Positions 10,405-20,555 of a stretch of DNA of 64,000 nt are shown piece by piece; position 1 is the first letter of the stretch, and every line of letters begins with the position of its first letter. The notes beneath the pieces were generated by a model. That model searched no databases and was not told the origin of the DNA. It saw nothing but the letters and a program-made list of their open reading frames with translations. Origin of the DNA: Cyclobacteriaceae bacterium. Lineage in GTDB: Bacteria > Bacteroidota > Bacteroidia > Cytophagales > Cyclobacteriaceae. Made by a program: the position numbers and the translations under genes. Location of the stretch: the NCBI GenBank assembly GCA_050289805.1, contig JBNKGL010000002.1, forward strand, positions 154,643 to 218,642, written 5' to 3'.

Positions 10405-10991
10405 TATACAAGTATAATTTTTTTTGTCGGCCCGACTTCAAATTCAGATGGCGGTCCGAGATTTCTTCCAATAAAATCATCCATCTCCCCCAGGGTTTTA
10501 TCAGACAACAGGTTTGACAGTTTGTCCAGCACGGTATTACTGATCATGTAGGGCATTAGCGGCAGCAGGAGGCGGTCATAGATGCACTGGGCATAAATCT
10601 GATACTCGCTGGCATCCTCCCGTGATTCGCCGGTGATCATGCATTCATCAATCCATTTTTCCGGTTCATCCGGATATTGTTCGATCAGCTCCTTCCGCCT
10701 TGGATGATTCATATTTTTTTCGAGGTATTCCCCGATCTTTTGCATCGATTCAAGTGACATTTTCTGTCGCAGTGCTTCTGCACAATCAATACAAATGGCA
10801 TATTCAAAGATCACATCATACCCGCGGAGACCTTCATATTTCTTTATGGCCTTTTCTATGAAGTAGGGGATATCCCTATCCAGCAGGTACCGGTCACATT
10901 CAATGCACCGGTCGAATAATGCCCCAGTAGCATAGGAATGAAATATTTCCGGGATTGGCTTTGCCGAAAAATGTGGTTCTTCCTGGTTCAT
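10404..10991 (-). CDS. Hypothetical cytoplasmic protein with two CxxC pairs (putative Zn-ribbon)
   Basis: 195 aa with an ATG start inside an ATGA overlap with the upstream gene. Motifs CIECDRYL and CIDCAEAL. No family recognised. Confidence 0.6.
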   Translation of the reverse strand: MNQEEPHFSAKPIPEIFHSYATGALFDRCIECDRYLLDRDIPYFIEKAIKKYEGLRGYDVIFEYAICIDCAEALRQKMSLESMQKIGEYLEKNMNHPRRKELIEQYPDEPEKWIDECMITGESREDASEYQIYAQCIYDRLLLPLMPYMISNTVLDKLSNLLSDKTLGEMDDFIGRNLGPPSEFEVGPTKKIILV

Positions 10992-11440
10992 TTTTCAGCT
11001 ACAAAGGGTCCGTTTTTCACCCAGCTGACCAATGCGTTCACCTGATCTTCTGTAAGTCTCGCTTCTTCGTGGGTCCAGGTATAGCTGTTCAATGGCATCT
11101 CGCCTTCGCCAACTTCATCCATGAGTTCCTCAAGCTTGTGATTCTGCCTTTTCGCCTCGTAATTACCCCACTCAGAAAAGTTCAGGTGTCCGCGGCCTTC
11201 ATTGATATGATCCTTCAGCCAGAATTTCACAGGAGCAATACTTGCATACCATGGGTATACCGTTTCATAGGAATGACAATCATAACACGCCTGTTTAAGA
11301 ATTACACTAATTTCTTCCGGCGGATTTGTCATTGCAATGAAGTCTTTTGAGGGATCAACATCTGGCACTTCCTTGTCTATCGGGATAAATTGAATTACTA
11401 CGAGTGCCACCAATAGCACTAATAAAATTTTTCTTATCAT
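10988..11440 (-). CDS. Haem-binding-domain protein (Haem_bd/PF14376-like, single CxxCH)
   Basis: CYDCHSYETVYPWYASIAPVKFWLKDHINEGRGHLNFSEW. N-terminal TM/signal MIRKILLVLLVALVVIQ from the ATG at 11440. The listed ORF start at 11458 is a TTG. Confidence 0.8.
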   Translation of the reverse strand: MIRKILLVLLVALVVIQFIPIDKEVPDVDPSKDFIAMTNPPEEISVILKQACYDCHSYETVYPWYASIAPVKFWLKDHINEGRGHLNFSEWGNYEAKRQNHKLEELMDEVGEGEMPLNSYTWTHEEARLTEDQVNALVSWVKNGPFVAEK

Positions 11441-11516
11441 GTTTGGTTCGTATTTCAATTGTCATTAATAACCGAATATAGTAACTTTTGCATCCATTTA
11501 GAATATATCCTAGCCC

Positions 11517-14500
11517 ATGACTACAGAATTGAAAGAAATTAACAAGCTGATGGTTGCCAACCGGGGCGAGATTGCCATACGTATATTGCGTGCGGCATCC
11601 GAGCTCAAAATAAGGACGGTCACCATATTTACATTTGAAGACCGTTATTCCCTGCATCGTTATAAAGCTGATGAGGCTTATCAGATCGGTGCCGATAACG
11701 ATCCTCTAAAACCTTATCTTGATATTGAGGAGATTATTTCTGTTGCGAAGCGAAATAATGTTGATGCGATACATCCTGGATATGGATTTCTTTCAGAAAA
11801 TGTAAAACTGGCGAGACGGTGCCGGGAAGAGGGGATTATATTCGTTGGCCCTGAGCCGGAAGTCATGGAGAGGCTTGGAGATAAAGTGGAGGCAAAGAAG
11901 ATTGCCCGTGCGGCAGAGGTGCCGGTTATTGAGGACAGTCATGAGCCTTTGACTTCCGTGGAAATTGCAAGGAAAGAGGCTGATCGAATTGGTTTTCCGG
12001 TCGTTGTTAAAGCGGCATCCGGCGGTGGAGGTCGTGGAATGCGGATCGTACTGAAAAGCGGTGACCTTGAAAAGGCTTATGATGAGGCCCGTAATGAAGC
12101 TCTCAAGGCTTTTGGCGATGATACCGTCTTCCTGGAGAAGTTCATCGATAAGCCAAAGCATATCGAAGTGCAGATCATGGCCGATAATTATGGTAATATC
12201 GTGCACTTATTCGAGCGGGACTGTTCCGTTCAGCGAAGGTTTCAGAAAGTCGTTGAAGTGGCACCCAGCGTTACCCTGCATCAGGAAACCAAGGATAAAT
12301 TATATGAATATGCGCTGAAAATTGCACGGACGGTTTCCTACAATAATGTTGGAACAGTTGAGTTCCTGGTTGACAAGGATGAAAATGTTTACTTCATAGA
12401 AGTAAATCCACGGGTACAGGTGGAACATACGATTACCGAGGAGATCACAGGTGTGGATATCGTGAGAAGCCAGATCCTGATCGCCCGCGGTTTTGAACTG
12501 GCCGATCGTCGCATTTATCTGAAAAGTCAGGATGATGTAAAGTGTAATGGATATGCCATTCAGTGCCGTATTACCACTGAGGATCCTTCCAATAATTTTC
12601 AGCCTGATTATGGCACGATCATCGCGTACCGAAGCGCAAGCGGATTTGGTATCCGTCTTGACGCGGGAAATTGCTATGCCGGGGTGACCATATCGCCATT
12701 TTTCGATTCGCTGCTGGTAAAGGTTTCATCATGGGGCCGTACCCTCAAAGGGGCTGCTGAGCGATTGAACCGTGCCTTGAGTGAATTTCGTATTCGCGGG
12801 GTAAATACAAACATTGGTTTTCTTGAAAATGTAATCAATCACCCGGTGTTTTATCGCGGTGAGGCTACGGTAAACTTTATCAGTGATCATCCGGAGCTTT
12901 TTGATATGCCCCGGCGTCTCAATCGCGGAACCCGTGTATTGAATTACCTGGGACATATGTCGGTGAATGGAAATCCGAATATTAAAAAAGCCGATAAGTC
13001 CAGGAAATTCCGCGAGCCGAAAGTCCCGGTATATGATCGCCTGGGTGATTACCCCAAGGGCAGCAGGGACAGGCTGCATGAACTCGGGAGGGAGGGTTTT
13101 GTGAAATGGCTTCAGGAGGAAAAGAAAATTCAATATACAGATACTACTTTCCGTGATGCGCATCAGTCATTGCTTGCAACACGAATGAGAACCATCGACA
13201 TGCTGAAGGTGGCGGAGAGTTACGCCAAAAATCACCCCGAAGTCTTCAGTATGGAAATGTGGGGCGGGGCGACATTTGACGTCTGTATGAGATTCCTATA
13301 TGAAAACCCGTGGGACCGGTTAAAACTGCTCAGGGAAGCCATGCCCAACATGCTTTTTCAAATGCTCCTGCGGGGCTCAAATGCAGTTGGTTACAAAGCT
13401 TATCCCGATAACCTGATAGAAAAATTCATTGAGAAAACAGCCGAGAACGGAATCGATATTTTCAGGATTTTTGATTCATTGAATTGGGTTGAAGCCATGA
13501 AAGTAAGTATTCGTACGGTTCGTGAAAGAACAGATTCGCTGGCAGAAGCATGTATCTGCTACACAGGAGACGTCACCCAAAAAGATACCAAGTACAATCT
13601 CCAGTATTACCTGGACATGGCCCGGCAGCTGGAAGATGAAGGCGCCCATATTCTTGCAATCAAGGATATGGCCGGATTGTTAAAGCCTTCAGGTGCTGCT
13701 CTATTGATTCCTGAATTAAAAAAAGCGGTTGATATTCCAATTCATCTGCATACCCACGACACGTCCTCGATTCAGGCTGCAACATATATGGAAGCCATCA
13801 ATGGAGGTGTGGATGTGATCGATGTTGCGATCTCTTCCATGTCAGGCCTTACTTCACAGCCCAATTTCAATTCGGTGGTGGCTGCTATGGAGGGCCATGA
13901 ACGGGAGCTCAAGGTAGATTTGCATTCACTGAATAACTTTGCCACCTACTGGGAGGATGTTCGGGAACTGTATTACCCTTTTGAATCGGGGCTGAAGGCA
14001 GGGACCGCAGAGGTGTATGACCATGAAATTCCCGGAGGGCAGTACAGTAACCTGAGACCTCAGGCGGCAGCACTTGGGCTCGAAGACAAGTTTGAACTGG
14101 TTAAAAAGAATTATGCCCTTGTAAATAAATTGTTTGGCGACCTTGTGAAGGTTACACCGTCATCCAAAGTGGTAGGTGATATGGCACTGTTCATGACGGC
14201 AAATAATCTCACCGTAGAAGACATACTTGAAAGAGGTCAGTCACTGGCATTCCCCGAATCGGTACATAGCCTGTTCAAGGGTAACCTGGGCCAGCCTTAC
14301 GGCGGATTTCCTCAAAAGATCTCTGAAATAATCCTGAAAGGCGATAAGCCGTTCACAGACCGCCCCAATAAGCATTTGGAGCCGATAGATTTTAAAAAGG
14401 AGTTTAAAGCGTTCCAGAAAGAGTTTGATGAATATTGCGACGAACTTGATTTTCTTTCCTATAGTCTGTATCCCAAGGTATTTACAGATTTTTATCATGA

Positions 14501-14963
14501 CTGGCAGGAATATGGTGAAATATGGAGACTTCCAACGAAGGCGTTTTTCTACGGCCTTGATGACGGAGAAGAAATATTTCTGGAGATTGGCAAAGGAAAG
14601 GCAATCATTATCAAGAAACTCTATACCTCGCCCACTAATGATAAGGGTATCAGCAAGGTGTATTTTGAAATGAATGGACAAACCAGGATCCTGGATGTGA
14701 AGGATATTCACTTTAAATCTGACCGTCCCACACATATGAAAGTGAGTTCTGATATGCAGGTTGGTTCACCTCTGATGGGAAGAATTGCTGAAATAAAAGT
14801 GAAAGAGGGGCAGAAAATATCTGAAAATGATGCGCTGTTTGTGATCGAGGCTATGAAGATGGAATCAACGGTAAATGCTGCCAGGAGCGGAAAGGTGAAG
14901 AAAATCTATATTCAGGCGGGTGAAATGGTGGAACAGGACGATGTGGTTATTGAGCTTGAGTAA
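11517..14963 (+). CDS. pyc: Pyruvate carboxylase (single-chain)
   Basis: 1148 aa. Contains a biotin carboxylase N-terminus (NRGEIAIRILRA), a carboxyltransferase domain and a C-terminal biotinyl domain with EAMKME. Confidence 0.95.
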   Translation: MTTELKEINKLMVANRGEIAIRILRAASELKIRTVTIFTFEDRYSLHRYKADEAYQIGADNDPLKPYLDIEEIISVAKRNNVDAIHPGYGFLSENVKLARRCREEGIIFVGPEPEVMERLGDKVEAKKIARAAEVPVIEDSHEPLTSVEIARKEADRIGFPVVVKAASGGGGRGMRIVLKSGDLEKAYDEARNEALKAFGDDTVFLEKFIDKPKHIEVQIMADNYGNIVHLFERDCSVQRRFQKVVEVAPSVTLHQETKDKLYEYALKIARTVSYNNVGTVEFLVDKDENVYFIEVNPRVQVEHTITEEITGVDIVRSQILIARGFELADRRIYLKSQDDVKCNGYAIQCRITTEDPSNNFQPDYGTIIAYRSASGFGIRLDAGNCYAGVTISPFFDSLLVKVSSWGRTLKGAAERLNRALSEFRIRGVNTNIGFLENVINHPVFYRGEATVNFISDHPELFDMPRRLNRGTRVLNYLGHMSVNGNPNIKKADKSRKFREPKVPVYDRLGDYPKGSRDRLHELGREGFVKWLQEEKKIQYTDTTFRDAHQSLLATRMRTIDMLKVAESYAKNHPEVFSMEMWGGATFDVCMRFLYENPWDRLKLLREAMPNMLFQMLLRGSNAVGYKAYPDNLIEKFIEKTAENGIDIFRIFDSLNWVEAMKVSIRTVRERTDSLAEACICYTGDVTQKDTKYNLQYYLDMARQLEDEGAHILAIKDMAGLLKPSGAALLIPELKKAVDIPIHLHTHDTSSIQAATYMEAINGGVDVIDVAISSMSGLTSQPNFNSVVAAMEGHERELKVDLHSLNNFATYWEDVRELYYPFESGLKAGTAEVYDHEIPGGQYSNLRPQAAALGLEDKFELVKKNYALVNKLFGDLVKVTPSSKVVGDMALFMTANNLTVEDILERGQSLAFPESVHSLFKGNLGQPYGGFPQKISEIILKGDKPFTDRPNKHLEPIDFKKEFKAFQKEFDEYCDELDFLSYSLYPKVFTDFYHDWQEYGEIWRLPTKAFFYGLDDGEEIFLEIGKGKAIIIKKLYTSPTNDKGISKVYFEMNGQTRILDVKDIHFKSDRPTHMKVSSDMQVGSPLMGRIAEIKVKEGQKISENDALFVIEAMKMESTVNAARSGKVKKIYIQAGEMVEQDDVVIELE

Positions 14964-15696
14964 TGGAATAGGGTTCACCTGTTAACGTTTCATACATTCG
15001 TGAAAACGTATGGGACTTCAGGTCAGCTGGAGTTTCGAAATTTTCAGGACTAACGGGTTCATCGAATATTACACGGATCCTGCCCGGACGGACGCGCAGC
15101 TTGCCGGGTTTCATGAGGTTTCCTGCATTTACAATTACAATCGGTACAACGGGCGTGTCGGTTTGAAATGAAATTCGAAAAGCGCCATCGTAAAAGGGTT
15201 GTAATGGATGATTGGTTCGGTTTTGCGTTCCTTCCGGAAAAATGAGAATAGAGATTCCCTGGGCCAGGATATTTTTAAGGTGGTTCAGGCTTGCTTTACG
15301 GCTTTCCTGGCTTGACCGGTCGACCACAATGGTGGCAGCCGCCACAATCCATCCAAATACCGGAATTTTTTTGAGTTCTTTTTTTGCCAGGGGACGAAAC
15401 TGGGACCTGATCCCCAGGCTGATCCCGGGCGCATCAAGATAGGAGGTATGGTTGCAAACAAATATGTAGGATTTTTTCCAGTCAACTTTTTCGCGGCCGG
15501 AAATATCGTAACGAATTAACGTAAGCATACTGAAGATCCATGACCAAATTTTAAGGGACCTGTATGTTATAAATCCCAGTTTCTCACTGATCATAACCGG
15601 GAATAAAATGAATGGCAGAAGGAGGATCATGAAAAAGGTAAAAACCAAAATCACCCATCCCGTATACAAGGTGCCCGCGAAATTTCTTAGAAACAT
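14947..15696 (-). CDS. plsC: 1-acyl-sn-glycerol-3-phosphate acyltransferase
   Basis: Motifs HxxxxD (CNHTSYLDAP) and FPEGT. N-terminal TM segments. The 3' end overlaps pyc by 17 nt (convergent). Confidence 0.85.
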   Translation of the reverse strand: MFLRNFAGTLYTGWVILVFTFFMILLLPFILFPVMISEKLGFITYRSLKIWSWIFSMLTLIRYDISGREKVDWKKSYIFVCNHTSYLDAPGISLGIRSQFRPLAKKELKKIPVFGWIVAAATIVVDRSSQESRKASLNHLKNILAQGISILIFPEGTQNRTNHPLQPFYDGAFRISFQTDTPVVPIVIVNAGNLMKPGKLRVRPGRIRVIFDEPVSPENFETPADLKSHTFSRMYETLTGEPYSITQAQ

Positions 15697-15790
15697 GGGG
15701 GCAAATTACATACAAAAAATCAGTTTGCGAAAATCAGATTTATAGGCTAGTTTCGAATAATTGAATTAATTATTAACCTTTTTGCTTGCA

Positions 15791-15822
15791 ATCACCTGTC
15801 CGGAAGGGCGGGTGATTTTTTT
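15791..15822 (+). terminator. Terminator-like hairpin plus T-run with no upstream plus-strand gene (orphan)
   Basis: ATCACC (15791-15796) pairs with GGTGAT (15811-15816), followed by T6-7. The T-run abuts the stop codon of the minus-strand gene at 15821. On the minus strand the hairpin is not followed by a U-run. Confidence 0.4.
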
Positions 15823-16585
15823 AATTCTCCGGTTGCTCGTTAAATTTCTTAAGGCAATTGGAAACCAGCAGGGCGATGTCATACTCGCTGGCGGAATAGA
15901 TATACGCCTCGTCGATCTTGCAGAAATTCATAAACTCTTCAACTTCATCCATGGGTAACCCTGTAAGCTGCTGAACCACCTGTTCATTGTATTTTGCTTT
16001 CAGAATTTTTGAATAATCATAGGTGGCAATGTCTTTTTCAAGCTTTTGAGCAGCTTTAGCCTCCCGGCTGAATTTGTTGTGGAAGAAGGAAAACGGACCA
16101 CCAATCCTGAAAACCGGATTTTCCGTCATAGGACCCGTGCGAACGCCGGGTATACGTACAGCTGCGTTTTCCGGTTCATCCGGGATTTCAAGTTCAATAA
16201 GCGCTTGCTTAAGGCTTTCTTCATCCCGGTAAGCGAAAATGTTCACAGGTTTCAGAATCTGAGTAGCCGTATTCAATTCAATCGTAACACGCAATTTCCG
16301 ACTGGTTTGATCGGGGTTCAGTGTAAAGGCATAGGTTTCATAACCGATTGCAGAAAAAAGGAGCGTGTCTGTGGGCATCATTTTCATCCAAAAACGCCCT
16401 TCAGTATTGCTTACGGTACCAAAACCCGAGTTTGGGTTCATGATGTGTACATAGGGTACCGGATCCTTTGTGTCAGATTCATGTATTTCTCCCTGGATCT
16501 CGATAAATCCTTCGTCAGACTGGCCGAAAACAGCCGCCTTACATGCTACCAGGCAGAATAAAATCACGAAAAAACGCAATGGCAT
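15821..16585 (-). CDS. Carboxypeptidase-regulatory-like domain protein (secreted)
   Basis: Signal peptide MPLRFFVILFCLVACKAAVFGQ from the ATG at 16585. CarbopepD_reg-like stretch IQGEIHESDTKDPVPYVHIM...TEGRFWMKM. The listed ORF extends to 16684. Confidence 0.65.
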   Translation of the reverse strand: MPLRFFVILFCLVACKAAVFGQSDEGFIEIQGEIHESDTKDPVPYVHIMNPNSGFGTVSNTEGRFWMKMMPTDTLLFSAIGYETYAFTLNPDQTSRKLRVTIELNTATQILKPVNIFAYRDEESLKQALIELEIPDEPENAAVRIPGVRTGPMTENPVFRIGGPFSFFHNKFSREAKAAQKLEKDIATYDYSKILKAKYNEQVVQQLTGLPMDEVEEFMNFCKIDEAYIYSASEYDIALLVSNCLKKFNEQPEN

Positions 16586-16710
16586 GTGTAATGGTACGTA
16601 AAATTTGGCATTTGGATACAAAATCTTACAACTGTTTTTGATATACAGCTTATCAGCCATTTTCAAATTATGCTGTTCGTACATTTAATATGAACCAGTA
16701 TGTTAAACTC

Positions 16711-18492
16711 ATGAAGAAGATCATTCTACTCTTACTTATTACAGTTGGAAATGTCTTTTTAGCTGTATCTCAGCCATTTGGCGAGAATATGGAGCTAGTC
16801 AACCTGGGTAGAAAAGTGAATACAGGGTACCATGAAGCCGGTCCGGTAATTTCCCCGGATGGGCGTACTTTATACTTTTTTGTTCATAATCATCCCGAAA
16901 ACAACTATGGTAAAGAGGGTAGCCAGGATGTATGGTTTGTACAAAAAGATGATGATGGCCAGTGGGGTGAGGCTAAACATCTGGATAAACCCCTGAATAT
17001 TCACCGTTCAAATCAGGTATTTGGAATGCTTGAAGGAGGAAGCGTATTGTTTGTTCGCGGTGGTTCACGCAAAAACAGTAAAGGATTTTCATTTATCCGT
17101 AAAAACGGCAATACCTGGTCAGACCCGAAGGAAGTGGAAGTGGACCAGTTCAAGCAAATGAATAAGGGAAAGTTTTACGGGGCGACAATTTCGGCAAACG
17201 GAGAGTTCATGATCCTGTACTTCAGTGAGCGTGAGAACAGTAATTTCAGTGATCTGTACATAAGCAAGCGAAAGGATAACGGCGATTACAGCGTACCTGT
17301 GAAGATAGACGGACTGAATACCGGAAGGGATGAATTTGCTCCTTATCTCGCACCAGACGATAAAACACTCTATTTCTCCAGTGGAAGAAAGGATGTAGGT
17401 ATTGGTAGCGCTGATATTTACATGACCCGTCGTCTTGACGATACCTGGATGAAATGGTCTGAACCTGAGAACGTGGGAAGACCTGTAAATACACGTGCAT
17501 TTGATGCATATTTATGTGTAGATAAAGATATGAATGTCTTTGTTACCCAGTCGGGACGAACAATCGATGGCGGTAACCTTGACATATTTACCCTGAAACC
17601 CAGGGAAATCAATATTCGTCTGATGGGATTGGTGATGGACGAAGAAAGTCGGCAGTCGATTGACGGTGAAATTCGCATCATTAGCCAGCACAATGAAGCC
17701 GATACGCTCTGGACATCCGACAGAAGCGGCGCTTATGAAACCATGATCAACGCGCAGACGAGCTATCAGATTGAAGTAGTGGCAGACGGCTATGAGCCGC
17801 TTGAAGCATCCCTCAATGTTGGTGAAGTACTTTCAGACTCAACGATTGTGCGTGATTTTGTTCTGAAGGCGAATGAGCGCGCGGTCATGTTAACTGGAAT
17901 TCTTTATAATGCTGAAACGCTCGAGCCGATTACAGGAACCATTCTGATGGATCATCCGGCTGGAAACGGCAAGGAAATGATCATCAGAACCAATGGCGAA
18001 GGTTATTTTGAAAAAGAGCTGAATATTGAAGGCTGGTATATGTTAACCGGTACTGCAGAAGGCTATATGAATGCGAATGATAGTATCCATAATGACCGTT
18101 CTGAGTTATTGGTTCAGCGTGATCTTTACCTGGATCCGATAAAAATTGGTGCTACGGTACGCCTGGATAATATTTTCTTTGATTTCGACAAGACTACCCT
18201 CAAGCCCGAATCTTACGGAGAGCTTAATAAAGTATTGAACTTCCTCGAAAGTAACCCGTCGGTAAATATTGAAATTGCCGGTCATACTGATAACAGGGGT
18301 TCTGACGAATATAACATCAACCTGTCACAGGGAAGGGCACAGGCAGTAGTGAATTACCTGATCGATCAGGGAATTGACGAAATGCGCATTAATGCCCATG
18401 GCTATGGGGAAAGTGTTCCGGTAGAAACTAATGATACTGATGCGGGACGAGCCATTAACCGAAGGGTTGAATTTACAATCCTGAGCAAGTAA
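16711..18492 (+). CDS. OmpA-family protein with N-terminal TolB/PD40-like repeats
   Basis: C-terminal OmpA domain (NIFFDFDKTTLKPES...AGHTDNRGSDEYNINLSQGRAQAV...NRRVEF). PD40-like repeats (SPDGRTLYF, APDDKTLYFSS). Signal peptide from the ATG at 16711, with an alternative ATG at 16690. Confidence 0.85.
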   Translation: MKKIILLLLITVGNVFLAVSQPFGENMELVNLGRKVNTGYHEAGPVISPDGRTLYFFVHNHPENNYGKEGSQDVWFVQKDDDGQWGEAKHLDKPLNIHRSNQVFGMLEGGSVLFVRGGSRKNSKGFSFIRKNGNTWSDPKEVEVDQFKQMNKGKFYGATISANGEFMILYFSERENSNFSDLYISKRKDNGDYSVPVKIDGLNTGRDEFAPYLAPDDKTLYFSSGRKDVGIGSADIYMTRRLDDTWMKWSEPENVGRPVNTRAFDAYLCVDKDMNVFVTQSGRTIDGGNLDIFTLKPREINIRLMGLVMDEESRQSIDGEIRIISQHNEADTLWTSDRSGAYETMINAQTSYQIEVVADGYEPLEASLNVGEVLSDSTIVRDFVLKANERAVMLTGILYNAETLEPITGTILMDHPAGNGKEMIIRTNGEGYFEKELNIEGWYMLTGTAEGYMNANDSIHNDRSELLVQRDLYLDPIKIGATVRLDNIFFDFDKTTLKPESYGELNKVLNFLESNPSVNIEIAGHTDNRGSDEYNINLSQGRAQAVVNYLIDQGIDEMRINAHGYGESVPVETNDTDAGRAINRRVEFTILSK

Positions 18493-20454
18493 TCATTCAA
18501 TCAGTACTTTTTGCTGATAACGACGATTATTAACTTCTAAAAGCAAAATATACATTCCGGGGGTAAGATCTCCGGTATTTAAAATCCTGTCATTCATGGC
18601 AGGATTTTGCTTTTGCAGGAGAATCCTTCCATGGATATCCATTAACTGCACAAAGTTGAGGGGAACTGCGCCACTCTGAATTTGAATAAATTCCCGGGCC
18701 GGATTAGGGTAAACACGTATTCCAATCTCGGTTAAATCGTCAAGTCCGGTAACGCCTGCATTCGTAAAGGAATTGACGCGCTTAACGAGGTAACGGTCGG
18801 GATCAAAGGAGAGTCCGGTGACCTGTCCGGGTAGATAGACCTTGAACGTTTCAGTATTCGTTGATGGCGTCAATCGAAGAAGTGTATCTGTTCCATTTAA
18901 CACTGCATTCAACGGCATAGGTGTGGTGAAAAGCTCCGTTGCGCCTGCAGCCGAGGGTGTTTGCGTAGCATTTACGATCAGGCTGTCGTTCCTGTGTTCC
19001 CAGACAATATCGTACACAGGATAGCCTTGTCCAAAATACCATTCTTCGAAAAAGTTGGTAAGATCAAGCCCGGTTTCTGCGGACATGATATCCCTGAAAT
19101 CTGCACCTGTTGCTACATCATTGCCATATGTGTCTCGGTAAGTGCGTAGTGCCTGAAAGAATTTGTCATCATCATTGATCAGGTAACGAAGCATATGGAG
19201 GATGGCACCTCCCTTGTTATAGGTTAATCGTCCGTTGAAAATCCGGAACGGGTCCTCATCCTGGCCTTCTGGAACATAAACGGATCCGAGGGGTGAGCTC
19301 AGGATGTTTTCATGCCTGCTATCCATCCAGGAGCGTGCAGAACTTTCGCCAATAAGGTTTTCGATTGCGAGGTATTCACAATAGCGCGCGAAACCTTCAT
19401 TGATCCAGATGTCATTCCAGGTCTCACACGTAATGAAGTCTCCGAACCACTGGTGCCCCAATTCGTGCGCATCGAGTGTAAAAGAGAAGAAATCCATGGT
19501 CGACATGGTCTGGTGTTCCATTCCTCCTCCCATCGGGGCCATTGTATGTCCGTATTTTTCATCCGCATACGGGTAAGGGCCGAAAAGTTCTGAAAACAAT
19601 CCGAGCATATCAGAAATTTCATCCAGGTCATTTTTATACTGTGTTAGCACACTGGGAAGATCGTAGATGTAATTCACAACCGGGAACGAGGGCTGCCCCG
19701 GAAGGGAGACATCATAGGAGTAATCCTGATAATCTGCGATGGCTATTGAAATCAGATAATATGCGATCGGGTGACCTGTTTCCCACTCATAACGGGAGCG
19801 GTTATCCGGTAAATCTGTAATTCTGGCCAGTTTGCCCGATGCGCCGGCCTTCAGGCCTGAGGGAACTGTGATATAGATATAGGCTGAATCAGCTTTGTCT
19901 GTAAGTACCTGTTTGGTTGGCCACCAGTCGAGCGCATTGAATGGTTCCGATAATGTCCAGGTGACACGTGTATTCCAGTCAGTATCAAGCTCGCTGCTGA
20001 TACCCTTGAAAAAGCCTGCGTCCACCGGAGGGGTGCCGTGATAGAAGACCCGAATATCTACTTTTTGTCCGGCAGATACCGGATTTTCCAATGTAATCAC
20101 CACCAGGTTATTGGAATGGGTAAAATTCAGGTTCGCTGATGTTGTCAGGTCTTCAACATTGTCAATGATCAGCGCATCTGCCAATTCCAGGACGATTTCC
20201 TGAAGGGGATCTTTGACTGCGGTGGCAAGTATCCTCACATTCGCATCCAGATCGGTAGATTGATCGTCGGCACTGATATCGAGGTGATAGAAGTTCACAT
20301 CATAGTCATAGAGACGGTTGTCTTCCAGCGGACGGGTAAAAAATCCTGGCTTGTTTTCAAAAGAATTGGCTTTGATGCAATTGGCCGGGGTCAGATCCTG
20401 TCCGCACAGTGACCATGTTATCAGGAGAAATGTTGAAAGTAGAATTATTCTCAT
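18493..20454 (-). CDS. M1-family zinc aminopeptidase with a T9SS C-terminal sorting domain
   Basis: Motifs GGGMEHQT, HELGHQWFGD and WINEGFARY. The C-terminal ~80 aa (VYPNPAREFIQIQ...GMYILLLEV...KVLIE) is a Por/T9SS CTD. Confidence 0.9.
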   Translation of the reverse strand: MRIILLSTFLLITWSLCGQDLTPANCIKANSFENKPGFFTRPLEDNRLYDYDVNFYHLDISADDQSTDLDANVRILATAVKDPLQEIVLELADALIIDNVEDLTTSANLNFTHSNNLVVITLENPVSAGQKVDIRVFYHGTPPVDAGFFKGISSELDTDWNTRVTWTLSEPFNALDWWPTKQVLTDKADSAYIYITVPSGLKAGASGKLARITDLPDNRSRYEWETGHPIAYYLISIAIADYQDYSYDVSLPGQPSFPVVNYIYDLPSVLTQYKNDLDEISDMLGLFSELFGPYPYADEKYGHTMAPMGGGMEHQTMSTMDFFSFTLDAHELGHQWFGDFITCETWNDIWINEGFARYCEYLAIENLIGESSARSWMDSRHENILSSPLGSVYVPEGQDEDPFRIFNGRLTYNKGGAILHMLRYLINDDDKFFQALRTYRDTYGNDVATGADFRDIMSAETGLDLTNFFEEWYFGQGYPVYDIVWEHRNDSLIVNATQTPSAAGATELFTTPMPLNAVLNGTDTLLRLTPSTNTETFKVYLPGQVTGLSFDPDRYLVKRVNSFTNAGVTGLDDLTEIGIRVYPNPAREFIQIQSGAVPLNFVQLMDIHGRILLQKQNPAMNDRILNTGDLTPGMYILLLEVNNRRYQQKVLIE

Positions 20455-20555
20455 CTACCTAAGGTAAAAATTTTTACTGATATGCCAGACCTGCGTATTG
20501 CAGTAGTCCGTGACAGTTTTCAACTTTCACAAGAATTCACCAAATTTTTAAACAC

